Source: Vairimorpha necatrix
Lineage: Eukaryota
Direction of reading: 5' to 3'
Length of the DNA: 64,000 nucleotides
Assembly (NCBI GenBank): GCA_036630325.1
Contig: CP142728.1
Coordinates: 124,001 to 188,000, forward strand
Below, piece by piece: positions 1 through 9,524 of this stretch. Position 1 is the stretch's first letter. Each line of letters opens with the position of its first letter. The notes under the pieces are model-generated. The model worked only from the letters and a program-made list of their open reading frames with translations. It was not told the DNA's origin and ran no database searches. Position numbers and translations under genes: made by a program.

Positions 1-1442
1 AATATTAAAGTTCTAATAATTAGTGGTGGCATATCATTTTCTATGATATTTAAAGTGAAAATAAAATCATTCTCGTTAATTCCTCCAGATTCGAAACATA
101 AATCAAGAATTTTCATACCACGAGACACGTCAGACATTTCATGAGCATAGACTAGAATTTCAGTAGGTTTTAAGACCAGTAAAAAATATTCAAGAGATTT
201 TTTATCTATTAAAAGTGTATCTAAAAATTTTTTGACTTCTGATTTATCAAGATAAATGAATAATTTATAAATTATTTGCTTATTGTCTTTATAATTTTCA
301 ATTATAAATTTTTTTAAATTGTTTTCTAATTTTCTATTGGTTAAAATATAAGAAACTAGCTCAATATCTTTATGTTTTTTCAAAAATTCCACTATAAAAT
401 CTTCTTCTAATGTCTTAAATAATACAAAAAATGTTTGTTTTTGTTTTTCATCTGTGATTTTATCGTACGCTTCGTATAAAATTTCAGGTTTTTCTTTAGA
501 AATTAAAATTAAATCATCAAAATTAAATTCAAATTTAAAATTTTTTAAAAGTTCAAAATTTTCAATAAAAATTCCCAATAAATGTTTTTTACTGATCTTA
601 GTGTTTAATACATCCAATAAGTCGTTTACAAACACAGGTTTATTAGCAATTAGATATTTAATTATTTCAATATTTTCATCTTTCAGATCTAATTTTTCTA
701 TATCCAACTCATAAAGCATTTTTATGATTTCTACTCGATAATATTTTCTATTATCGTATAAAACTTGTAATATTTCGTTATAAATTTGTTTATTTTTTAT
801 ATAAATACATTCTATAATAAAAGCAGATTCCTCATCTGATAAATTATAAAAAATATGATCTAATATTTCCTTAGGACTATTTACAATTGAAGAAATATAT
901 TTAATGTAAACATTTCTATGTTCCAGATCCACTTTTTTCAAGTCATTTAATAATTTTTTAGTCAAGTCAATTTCCAAATTTTCCAAAAGACCAAAATTAA
1001 AATAATTTTCGATTGAATTATTTATTTCCACTGTGGGAGTTTTAATTAATGTATCGTATAGTGAATTTATTAAAAAAAATAAATCGTCAAATTTTTTTTC
1101 TTGAATTTCTTGGATTTTATTTTCTTTAGCGAATTTGAATAATTTTAGATTTTTAGTATAAAAAACAAAAGGCCTTGGTAAAATTTTCGCGATTTTTTTA
1201 TTGACCTGGTGAATATGGAAATTTAGAGATTTTTGAGCGTAGCGTGGAAAAATGATAAAATTTTCTTGTAAATCTAAAATGAATCCTAAAACTTGTAGTA
1301 CGTTAGATTCGTCTAATATTTTCAAAATATTATTCCAGAAATACATAACTTCCATGGGATTCATTTGATGATAGTAGAAAAATAAAAGAGAAAGATTTTC
1401 TTCACGATATTTCTCAATTATGAGATTTTTAATTTTGTCCAT
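1..1442 (-). CDS. Symplekin/Pta1-like cleavage-polyadenylation scaffold (partial; runs off the left edge; not in ORF track)
   Basis: Minus-strand frame from ATG at 1442 (preceded by TACCCCAA): MDKIKNLIIEKYREE..., ending ...LKPTEILVYAHE...KILDLCF...MPPLIIRTLI. This resembles the symplekin C-terminal domain (LTPxELLxALH...LCF...PxLxMRTVI). Confidence 0.7.
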   Translation of the reverse strand, partial: MDKIKNLIIEKYREENLSLLFFYYHQMNPMEVMYFWNNILKILDESNVLQVLGFILDLQENFIIFPRYAQKSLNFHIHQVNKKIAKILPRPFVFYTKNLKLFKFAKENKIQEIQEKKFDDLFFLINSLYDTLIKTPTVEINNSIENYFNFGLLENLEIDLTKKLLNDLKKVDLEHRNVYIKYISSIVNSPKEILDHIFYNLSDEESAFIIECIYIKNKQIYNEILQVLYDNRKYYRVEIIKMLYELDIEKLDLKDENIEIIKYLIANKPVFVNDLLDVLNTKISKKHLLGIFIENFELLKNFKFEFNFDDLILISKEKPEILYEAYDKITDEKQKQTFFVLFKTLEEDFIVEFLKKHKDIELVSYILTNRKLENNLKKFIIENYKDNKQIIYKLFIYLDKSEVKKFLDTLLIDKKSLEYFLLVLKPTEILVYAHEMSDVSRGMKILDLCFESGGINENDFIFTLNIIENDMPPLIIRTLI

Positions 1443-1550
1443 TTGGGGTAATGAAAAATAACAAATAAAATTAAAATGTAAAAAAAGTAGTAGTTTCCAT
1501 TTTTTTTACATTTTAAATTTCAAGAATAATATTTTCCATTTTTTTATTTT

Positions 1551-1742
1551 TTAAATTTCTTCCAGTTCAAAATATTCACTAATTGGTAGATAAGAATCAG
1601 AATCATGTAAAATTAGAGTATTGTTCTTTATTACTTGTTTCATTTTATATTTTTTATTTGTTGATTCGATGACACAAACTTCTTCCTCATGTAAATTAAC
1701 AAATTCATCAACTTTGTCTAAAATGAAATATTTCTTAACCAT
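1551..1742 (-). CDS. Small protein resembling the Dcc1 N-terminal beta-barrel (Ctf18-RFC subunit)
   Basis: CCC motif upstream of the ATG. EEVCVIESTNKKYKMKQVIKNNTLIL...YFELEE resembles Dcc1 EVVLCSHDKTWVLKQRKHSNTVLL...EFE. Confidence 0.5.
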   Translation of the reverse strand: MVKKYFILDKVDEFVNLHEEEVCVIESTNKKYKMKQVIKNNTLILHDSDSYLPISEYFELEEI

Positions 1743-1836
1743 TCAAATATGGGCAGCATAATAATTTGATAAATTTTGAGATTTAAGTTTGTATTGTAAA
1801 AAGATTTATAATTTTGCTTCTTTTTTGATCCCTTGA

Positions 1837-2214
1837 ATGGAAGAAATTTACAGCACAGATTTAGAACAAATAACTGAAGAAATTAACAAGACACAAGAAA
1901 ATCAAACTTCTGAAATTTTAAGCACAAAACTAGAATTATTACAAATATTTTACATGTGTTACACTTTATATAAAGAAAATGAAAATCCAGACATTTTAAA
2001 AAATCTAATAAAAATCACAGAACTTCTTAAAAAATGCAAAATTTTAGAAAATTACACAGAAGAAAACGAAGAACCAAGTAAAAGAATTTTAGAAGATTTA
2101 AATAAGAAGAGATTTAAAAAGCAAAAAGGAAATAATCCAAGGAAGAAATATAAAGAGAAAAGTGAGAAATTAGGCGAAAAGTGTAAAAAGAAATTTGATG
2201 GGAACATAAAATAA
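1837..2214 (+). CDS. Sas10/Utp3/C1D-family SSU processome protein
   Basis: CCC upstream. LSTKLELLQ...LIKITELLKK helical core and a basic C-terminal NPRKKYKEK motif like Sas10 NPRVKxRxK. Confidence 0.6.
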   Translation: MEEIYSTDLEQITEEINKTQENQTSEILSTKLELLQIFYMCYTLYKENENPDILKNLIKITELLKKCKILENYTEENEEPSKRILEDLNKKRFKKQKGNNPRKKYKEKSEKLGEKCKKKFDGNIK

Positions 2215-2297
2215 ATAATTTAATAAAAAAATCCCATGCATTTTAAGCATTTAGAAATAAATTTATGCTTATAAATAAACAATTCAACCCTTTTTTA

Positions 2298-3749
2298 CTA
2301 TTTTGTTAAAAATCCAAATTGCCCACTTAATGTTTCTATTTCATTTTTCTCTAAATTATTTAAATTTGGTCTCTCTGTTTTTGTTATAAAACTTACAAAA
2401 TATAAAATCGCCTTGTCTCTTTCTAAAACAGGCAAGATTCCTTTCAATATAATTTCATACCAATCTGGTAGCTTATCAATGGTCCTTACAATCTCCATCA
2501 TTTTTTTATGTTTATTTACCGTCTTCTCTAAAAACATTCCAAGATTTTTTATCTTTTGTCTTAAGGCCCCATTTAGGATTTTCCTCTTTAATTCTTGAAA
2601 TTCTTCTAAATCATCTTTCAGGAATTCATCAAATTTATCTAATTCTCTAAAATATTCTTCAATATCTTCTGATCTATCAAATAAAATATTCTTAGATTTG
2701 TCTTCTACTATTTTTAATAATTTATGATTTAACATTTGTAACTCGTCATCATTCAAAATTGTACTGACTCGGACAAATGACTCATACAAATTATTTCTAT
2801 CGAGAAATTTAGAAATTACACATTTTTTTAGATTTCTTAAATGTACCTCGTAGACGCTTTTTACTTCTAAATCCAAAAAATCAGGAATAAAATTTGTATA
2901 TTTAAAAATCCAAATCTTGATAAAATCAAAATTAGAATTTTCAAATATTAATTTTATCCTCTCAAAAATATAAATTATTAATTCTTTCTGTAATTCCTTG
3001 TCAAGATGAATTATTGTTCTAAGGAAATAATAATTTATATCTTTCAAATATAAGCCCTTATTTGTAAATCCAACATCAAGGCATTTTTCTTTAAAACTTA
3101 CAAGTAGCGTGTTCATAATTTTCCTATCTGTTTTGTCTTCTGAAACTTGGAAATATAAATCAAAATAATACAAAATTTCCATATAATTATTCTTATCGTC
3201 AATTATTTCATTATATAAAATTTCAAGAAATTCTATTTTTATATCTTTAATTGACTCTAAAAGACTTTGAACAAATTTACTATTTTTCAGTTCATTAAAT
3301 TGTCTTTTTCCTTCTTTGTAAATTTCGACAAATCTCTCGTATTTTCTAATATTCATTTCTAATAATTTCTTAATATTAAATAATGTCTTATATTTGTTAA
3401 TGATCATTAATTTTCTTTCTTTGTAAATATCGTCTTCTTTATTAATTGGCTTAAAATTTGATTTTACATATTTTATATTTGTAAAAATATCTGATGAAAA
3501 ATCTTTATCTAGTCCTTTAGATTTCATATCTTCCAAAATTTCTTCTAAGACAATTCTACATTCTACAAATTTACTGAAATTTGATTTTACTAATTCCTTG
3601 TTTTTCGCTTTTGTGGAAGTTAGAACTTTACTTAGATAGATTAGTGTATCATTCAGATCATATTCCGAACTATCAGCATATGTCTTGTTTATTACATTTA
3701 AGACATCGAAATCTTTGTTGAGAATTTTTTTCTCTTCTTCGTTTTGCAT
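2298..3749 (-). CDS. SEC5: Exocyst component Sec5 (EXOC2)
   Basis: KELVKSNFSKFVECRIVLEEI matches the Sec5 LVxxNFxxFV motif. The true start is likely MQNEEE at 3749; the ORF track extends from a TTG. Confidence 0.7.
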   Translation of the reverse strand: MQNEEEKKILNKDFDVLNVINKTYADSSEYDLNDTLIYLSKVLTSTKAKNKELVKSNFSKFVECRIVLEEILEDMKSKGLDKDFSSDIFTNIKYVKSNFKPINKEDDIYKERKLMIINKYKTLFNIKKLLEMNIRKYERFVEIYKEGKRQFNELKNSKFVQSLLESIKDIKIEFLEILYNEIIDDKNNYMEILYYFDLYFQVSEDKTDRKIMNTLLVSFKEKCLDVGFTNKGLYLKDINYYFLRTIIHLDKELQKELIIYIFERIKLIFENSNFDFIKIWIFKYTNFIPDFLDLEVKSVYEVHLRNLKKCVISKFLDRNNLYESFVRVSTILNDDELQMLNHKLLKIVEDKSKNILFDRSEDIEEYFRELDKFDEFLKDDLEEFQELKRKILNGALRQKIKNLGMFLEKTVNKHKKMMEIVRTIDKLPDWYEIILKGILPVLERDKAILYFVSFITKTERPNLNNLEKNEIETLSGQFGFLTK

Positions 3750-4048
3750 GAATAAGGATTTTTTAAATATTTTTTTGAATTTGTTTGTTAACAAACAAAA
3801 TCTTAAAATATTAATAAAATTAAAATTTGCCAACTAAAAATGTTGTACTGAATTCCCTAAAATGTTTTATTAGATTTAAGTTTATCTAAAATAACATTTT
3901 TTATTTTTATGATAAATCATATTTTTACTTAACTTTATAACTTTACATCTTTTACAAACATTAGTACCTTGAATTTGATTGTACTTTGTTTGTTTGTTAT
4001 TAATTCTTTTATAAATAGTTCAACCCATACCCAAATTTATAATATTTA

Positions 4049-5206
4049 ATGATCAAATATCTTTTAACACACCTCACCACTTCAGAGTTGAGATTTTTAT
4101 TGGCTTTATTTTTGACTGTATTTTTCAGTCTAACTTTAAAACAGCGTAAAGGTATGATTCATACAACTTGCGCCTTTATTATACTTTACATTGCCTTTGG
4201 ATATTTCCAACTTATCTATTTTTCCACTGCTGTTATTCTCAACTTTTCTCTAGTAGCCGTGTTCAGACTCGAAGAATATTCGCTTACTGTTATAAATTTG
4301 GCAATTTTATATTTTTTCAAAATCAAAGGCGAAGACTTTGATTCGCAGATCGAAGGAACTTGTGACGTCTCAGGTATTTTGATGCTTTTAACTATTAAAA
4401 TGTCGTATTTGGGAAAAGAATTTGATATGAAAAAACATGCTTTTTCTGATTTTATGGGTTATATATACTTTGTCCCTGGTCTGATTTTGGGACCAGTAAG
4501 TTCATTCAAAAGTTATATTGAATCGCCACAAATACAAAACTTGCCTTGTCTTCGATCATTTTTAATTTCTCTGGTTTTTTTAATAGTATCGAAATTAGGT
4601 GAAAATTTTTTCCCAGTAAAAAATTTATATTTAAAAAACATTTCAATCTGGAAAAGATTACTAAACATTTATGGATACAATTTTAGACAAAGATGTCGAT
4701 TTTATTTCGCCTGGAATTTCTCAAATGGTTGTTTTCTAATTCAAGGCTTCAAAGATATGTTAAATATAAATTTTATATTAGTAGAAACAGCGACTTCTAT
4801 TAAAGATTTATCTATGGGATGGAATATCTACACCAATAAGTGGCTTAAAGAATGTTACTTCGATAAACTTAAACATAGAAATGTCTTCCTGGCTTCTTTA
4901 GTGACATTTACTGTCTCAGCCATGTGGCATGGTATTAAGCCAGGATATTTGATAATGTTTTTGTCGTTCTGTTTTGCTATACCAGTGATCAAAGGAATTA
5001 ACAAAATTATATTAAAACATGCGCCGATTTTGTATCCTGTTTTGTCTAGGATCCAGATGGTATTTTTTGTAATGTATTTTTCATTGCCTTTCTTTTTACT
5101 TGAAGTACATAAAATTATACAAGTGTGGTCTAGTGTGTATTTTTATGGACACATTTATTGTGGAGTCGGATTAGTTCTCTTTGCACTTCATTCTCTTTAT
5201 AAATAA
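4049..5206 (+). CDS. ALE1: MBOAT lysophospholipid acyltransferase
   Basis: Multi-TM protein with RFYFAW, GWNIYTNKWLK and TFTVSAMWHG..PGY MBOAT motifs. Confidence 0.85.
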   Translation: MIKYLLTHLTTSELRFLLALFLTVFFSLTLKQRKGMIHTTCAFIILYIAFGYFQLIYFSTAVILNFSLVAVFRLEEYSLTVINLAILYFFKIKGEDFDSQIEGTCDVSGILMLLTIKMSYLGKEFDMKKHAFSDFMGYIYFVPGLILGPVSSFKSYIESPQIQNLPCLRSFLISLVFLIVSKLGENFFPVKNLYLKNISIWKRLLNIYGYNFRQRCRFYFAWNFSNGCFLIQGFKDMLNINFILVETATSIKDLSMGWNIYTNKWLKECYFDKLKHRNVFLASLVTFTVSAMWHGIKPGYLIMFLSFCFAIPVIKGINKIILKHAPILYPVLSRIQMVFFVMYFSLPFFLLEVHKIIQVWSSVYFYGHIYCGVGLVLFALHSLYK

Positions 5207-5299
5207 ACTGTTTATTAATAATTTTTTAATATTATAAAAAATATAGACATAAAGAACTAACACTTAAGTTTTGTTATATTCATTTAATTTTGATTTTTT

Positions 5300-5750
5300 T
5301 TATTCGTCTATAAGATATTTCGACGTATTCTTGATGTTGCTCCTATATAAACGTAAAAGTACCTTTAATTTAGAAGTGCATATAAACATATTGTCTGTAT
5401 CAAGTCATATAGCTAATTAATTTCGAGCATTACAGTGCTATTGCGCTACTAAATTTTCTTAAGTCTGTAGTTGAAAAGATTATACGGGCACGAAACACCA
5501 AAAAAAGATGCAACTGAATCAAGTCACATGGAATTGTAATAATAAATGTCGAGTTCTACACTTCACACAGCCATAAGGCGTAAATTAGTTTTTTATAGAT
5601 AGATATTTGCCTAAAATTTACCAAAAGACAGGTATATTTTCCTGTAAAGAATAAAAATAATAAATAGTTGAAAAAAAATTAGTGTATAACTTCGCAAAAA
5701 CCACACACTATTAAGATTTAACTTCGCGGAATTTTTACACACAATTTCAT
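5300..5750 (+). pseudogene. Highly degenerate retroviral-type integrase remnant
   Basis: Broken frames give KSHGIVIINVEFYTSHS (cf. xxGIxHxxxxPYTPQSNG) and YNxxxHxTIKxxxAE-like fragments. Boundaries are approximate. Confidence 0.35.
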
Positions 5751-6201
5751 CTAGCTATTTTTTTTCATAAATGCGTAATCTTCGAGCTTTCTATTTCAAG
5801 TATATAATAGAATATTATGCAAATGTAGTTGAAAAATACAATTTAAAGTTTTTTAAATATTAAAGTACCTCAATAGTCTCGACTAATTTTAAAAATTGAA
5901 AATTTTTATCTTTTTTTTTTTCTTACATTCTGAGATAATTTAAACAATAATCTATAAGGTTATATATGATTTAGATAAGTTTTATTTACTCACACGATTC
6001 ATAAATCTGCACTAGGTAAATTTTTTTCATATTTTAAGTGGAACCGAGCTGTAACAAATAAATAATTTTACAACTGACAGAATACTCTTTATATATTCAA
6101 TAAACTTACTTTTAACTATCTATATGTTGTTTTCTTTATATTATACGTACTTATTTTGTTTTTCTTACTCTTTAAAAAATTTTTCTTTTTTTTATCCTAA
6201 A

Positions 6202-6516
6202 ATGTTAAAGGGCGGCCAATACACAGTAGTTGATTTATTGTGCATTTCTAATTCTTTACTTGAACAGTTAAATTCTACAGAAGATCATAAATCTAGTCCT
6301 AGTCATGTTTATAAATCTGTCTTAGAGTCTTCATCTGGTAAAAAAGTGGTATATTTTTTAGGGAATATTGAGATAGGACAGAACACAATAATAAATGTGA
6401 CTAAAGATAAGGAATGCCCTTTGTTATATAAAGAAGATTATCAAATAATTCAACGAACAAATTTCATAACAAACAAAATATTATTAGAAAAATTAATAAA
6501 TAAAAATAACGTATAA
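6202..6516 (+). CDS. Small OB-fold protein, RMI1-like
   Basis: Start after ATCCTAAA. GQYTVVDLLCISNSLLEQL...VYKSVLESSSG...PLLYKEDYQII parallels the RMI1 OB1 pattern (LQxxxxxDxS..Q...LxLTDG...LLLxPENVxVL). Confidence 0.45.
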   Translation: MLKGGQYTVVDLLCISNSLLEQLNSTEDHKSSPSHVYKSVLESSSGKKVVYFLGNIEIGQNTIINVTKDKECPLLYKEDYQIIQRTNFITNKILLEKLINKNNV

Positions 6517-6585
6517 AAATTTTAATACATTGAAAACACACAATATACAACACATAAAATACTAATCACATATTTTTATAAATAT

Positions 6586-7140
6586 TTATTCGTTTTTTAT
6601 TATCTTTTTATTCGCCCATTTTCGTTGTCTAAACATGTGTCTTATTAGAAATATCATACTAGGAATATAAATACACAAAAATGATAAATAAAGATATTTA
6701 AACATTCCTTCTATTTTACTAACTCCTTTATACATAGAACTCATCTCAATATAAATACTAATAGGATATAAAAATATGAATAAATTATACCGTATAATCT
6801 TTATATATTTATTCCTAGAAATATAATATAAATATCTTATACAATCTGTCAGATACCAGGCAGACATGACAATATAAAAATGTCTATTACAACAATCATA
6901 GAAATAAAAAACTATCCAAATATTAAACAGTCTAAAGAATAATTGAATGACAGTAGGCAAATATCTCGAATTACTTGTTTGTAATTTTATATTTAGAATT
7001 TCCAAAATGAAAAATGTCTGACATATGGCAGTAATAAGTAAAAAAGGGCGCTGTCTTGTAAAATGATAAATAAGACTAGTAAATAAAGCTATAAGAGTAT
7101 TTATAACACCTATGATATTGTAGAATGTAATATATTTCAT
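6586..7140 (-). CDS. PHS1: Very-long-chain 3-hydroxyacyl-CoA dehydratase (PTPLA/HACD)
   Basis: CQTFFILEI, AWYLTDCIRYLYY and RYNLFIFLYP..E motifs, plus a C-terminal HMFRQRK. Confidence 0.9.
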   Translation of the reverse strand: MKYITFYNIIGVINTLIALFTSLIYHFTRQRPFLLITAICQTFFILEILNIKLQTSNSRYLPTVIQLFFRLFNIWIVFYFYDCCNRHFYIVMSAWYLTDCIRYLYYISRNKYIKIIRYNLFIFLYPISIYIEMSSMYKGVSKIEGMFKYLYLSFLCIYIPSMIFLIRHMFRQRKWANKKIIKNE

Positions 7141-7324
7141 TATATGAAAAGGGGCAAAAAAATATTAAAGCATAAAATTATAAAAGCGCAAATTAATTAT
7201 AGAGTAAATTTGTATATTAATATAAATTAAGAACCCAGACACTAATTTAATATTAGAAAAACAAAAAGAAAATATTTTATAAACTAGGAATGAACTTTAA
7301 AGAAGGGTGAAAAGGCCAAGAATA

Positions 7325-7570
7325 AGGGCAAAAAACAAAAGCATGAAAAATATTTAAAGAGGGAGCATAAAAAATTTAAACAAAAAAAGCAAGATAAAAA
7401 AAACATAAAAAATGAAAACAAAGAAAAAGCATAAAAATCATTAAAAGAGGGAGCATGAAAAAAAAAACAAGATAAAAAAACATAAAAAATTTAAACAAAA
7501 AAAAGCATGAAAAAAAAGCATAAAAAATTTAAACAAAAAAAAAAACATAAAAAAAATAAAATAAAAAATA
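7325..7570. repeat. A-rich low-complexity repeat of AAAAGCAT(A/G)AAAA-type units
   Basis: Repeated aaaagcataaaa, aagagggagcat and aaatttaaacaaaa units in the divergent PHS1 / RRM-gene spacer. Confidence 0.7.
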
Positions 7571-7776
7571 CAGAATATGCATAACATAAGTTATAGTACA
7601 AATTTATGCTTAACTTTTCTCAAATATTGCTTACCCTTTTTTCTCTGTTAATAAAAGATATAATTCACCAAATACAGACCAAAACTTTATAAAATATAAA
7701 TTTTATAAAAGTTAAGTCATATAACTTTTTTAAATTTTTTTTTTATTTTTTTAATTATAAAATTCTTCCCCCTAAA

Positions 7777-8727
7777 ATGAAGATTTTTGTTGGTAGAATC
7801 CCGCCCAATTTAGACGCTGACACTGTTTACAACCACTTTAAAACATTTGGGGAAATTGATAATTATAATTTTAAAGGCCAATTCGCATTTGTAGAATACA
7901 AAAATGAACAAGATTCTGATAAAGTACTTAATATGCGAGAAATAGAAATAAATGGCAATCTTGTAATAGTAGAAGCTTCTAGTAGTAGAGGAAGACCAAG
8001 AAGTGAATATAATGAGAGTAGAAGAGACGAATACCCACCTATGTCCCCTCGTGGACGAGATAATTATGGGCCACCAAGATATGACGCCCCACCAAGGTAC
8101 GATGCCCCAAGATACGACGCCCCTCCAAGATATGAAGCTTCGAGATATGATCTACCAAGATACGATGATTACAGATCTCCAGAGTCTTATCATAGCAGAC
8201 ATTATGATGATTATCGTATGCCTGCTCCTTATCCTCCAAGATATGACCCGAGAGATGATTATTACAGGAGACCAGATCGAGAAACTTGTGCTCATTGCTC
8301 AAGATGCGAAATCCACGGAAACCCAGCGTACGCCAGAAGAGACACTTATGAGCATAAAAGACCAAAACGAGAACACCCAAATGACATAAACAAAATAGTA
8401 ATACAAGACTTCCCCCAGGGCGTAGAACTGGCAGATATTGACGACTTTGTAAGGAGAAATGGTTTTGATTTCGTATTTTCTAGGCTGACAATTAAGAGAA
8501 ATGCCGCCATTGTCGAATTTAAAGACATTGAAACAAGAGACAAGGCCATCAGCAAACTTGATGGGCAAGAATTGAAAAATGGAACTGTCCGTGTCAGGGA
8601 TTTTAGAGTCAGTGGTAATTTCCAAAGTACACAACCTAACTATGAAAATAAAAATGAAGAAATTAGCATAAATCAACAAAATGATGAAAGTCAAGGAGTT
8701 GACATATATTCAGGATTAGACAAGTAA
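7777..8727 (+). CDS. Two-RRM SR/Npl3-like RNA-binding protein with YDAPPR repeats
   Basis: N-terminal RRM (KIFVGRI, GQFAFVEY), central RYD/PPRY repeats, a CxxCxxCxxH motif and a second RRM (AAIVEF...AISKLDG). CCCC upstream. Confidence 0.8.
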   Translation: MKIFVGRIPPNLDADTVYNHFKTFGEIDNYNFKGQFAFVEYKNEQDSDKVLNMREIEINGNLVIVEASSSRGRPRSEYNESRRDEYPPMSPRGRDNYGPPRYDAPPRYDAPRYDAPPRYEASRYDLPRYDDYRSPESYHSRHYDDYRMPAPYPPRYDPRDDYYRRPDRETCAHCSRCEIHGNPAYARRDTYEHKRPKREHPNDINKIVIQDFPQGVELADIDDFVRRNGFDFVFSRLTIKRNAAIVEFKDIETRDKAISKLDGQELKNGTVRVRDFRVSGNFQSTQPNYENKNEEISINQQNDESQGVDIYSGLDK

Positions 8728-8848
8728 ATAAACATTTAAAAAAAACTAAAAAATTAAGATTTTAATATGTAAGTTATAATTATTCAAGATTATTTTAAAC
8801 ATTTAAAAATTTCATTTTAAAATATAAGATAAATTCTAACATTCAAAT

Positions 8849-8999
8849 TTAAAACAGTCAAAAATTTATTGCAACTTTTAAAAGCATTCAAAATTTATTG
8901 CAACTTTTAAAACAGTCAAAAATTTATTGCAACTTTTAAAAGCATTCAAAAATTAAATGTGAACATTTAAAAGCATTCAAAAATTAAATGTGTCATTTA
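8849..8999. repeat. ~29-bp tandem repeat
   Basis: Alternating ttaaaacagtcaaaaatttattgcaactt / ttaaaagcattcaaaatttattgcaactt units, degenerating rightwards. Confidence 0.8.
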
Positions 9000-9524
9000 A
9001 AATTTACAATGTTCAGAATTCACAATTTTTAATTCGGAACATTCAAAATTCATCTTATTTTTTATATTATTAAATTTTGACATTCCAAATTCTTTGTATT
9101 TTATGCGCATAATAAAGTGAAATGTAAATCAAAATAAAAACGACCTTTTTTTGATAAATTTGACATAAACTTCTTTTTAAATATCTTTAGTAAGGAGTCA
9201 TTGTTTGTTTAATAATTTAAAAATGTCATATTAATTTATTTGTTGAACTGTAACTTACATCAAAAAATAAAACGTATTTTAAATAAACACAAATACGTCT
9301 TCGAGACATATTTAGAAATTATAAATAAATACAGTCTTTTATTTTTTAATTGATAGGTCATTACAATTTAAAAAAGGAGACGATTTACGAAAATCATAAT
9401 TATAAAATATTATAAGATTTATCTTATTTGAGAGTTTGTTGTTTTTTATCAACAAACAAAGTCATTCTAAAAAAACTATAAATTAATTTATTTTCGCATA
9501 AATTATATTTTTCAATGGACCCCA

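Noticed and set aside
454-714. ORF-track 86-aa + strand ORF
   Set aside because: Antisense shadow of the symplekin-like gene on the minus strand; GTG start and no CCC context.
8003-8694. Overlapping alternative-frame and antisense ORFs within the RRM gene, and similar ones in DBP5, PRE9, CCT2, POL3, NOC3, TAF4 and MYG1
   Set aside because: All lie inside well-supported genes and show no motifs; they are expected shadow ORFs.
8849-8999. Regular ~29-bp repeats as a CRISPR array
   Set aside because: Head-to-tail tandem units with no unique spacers, no cas genes, and a eukaryotic context.
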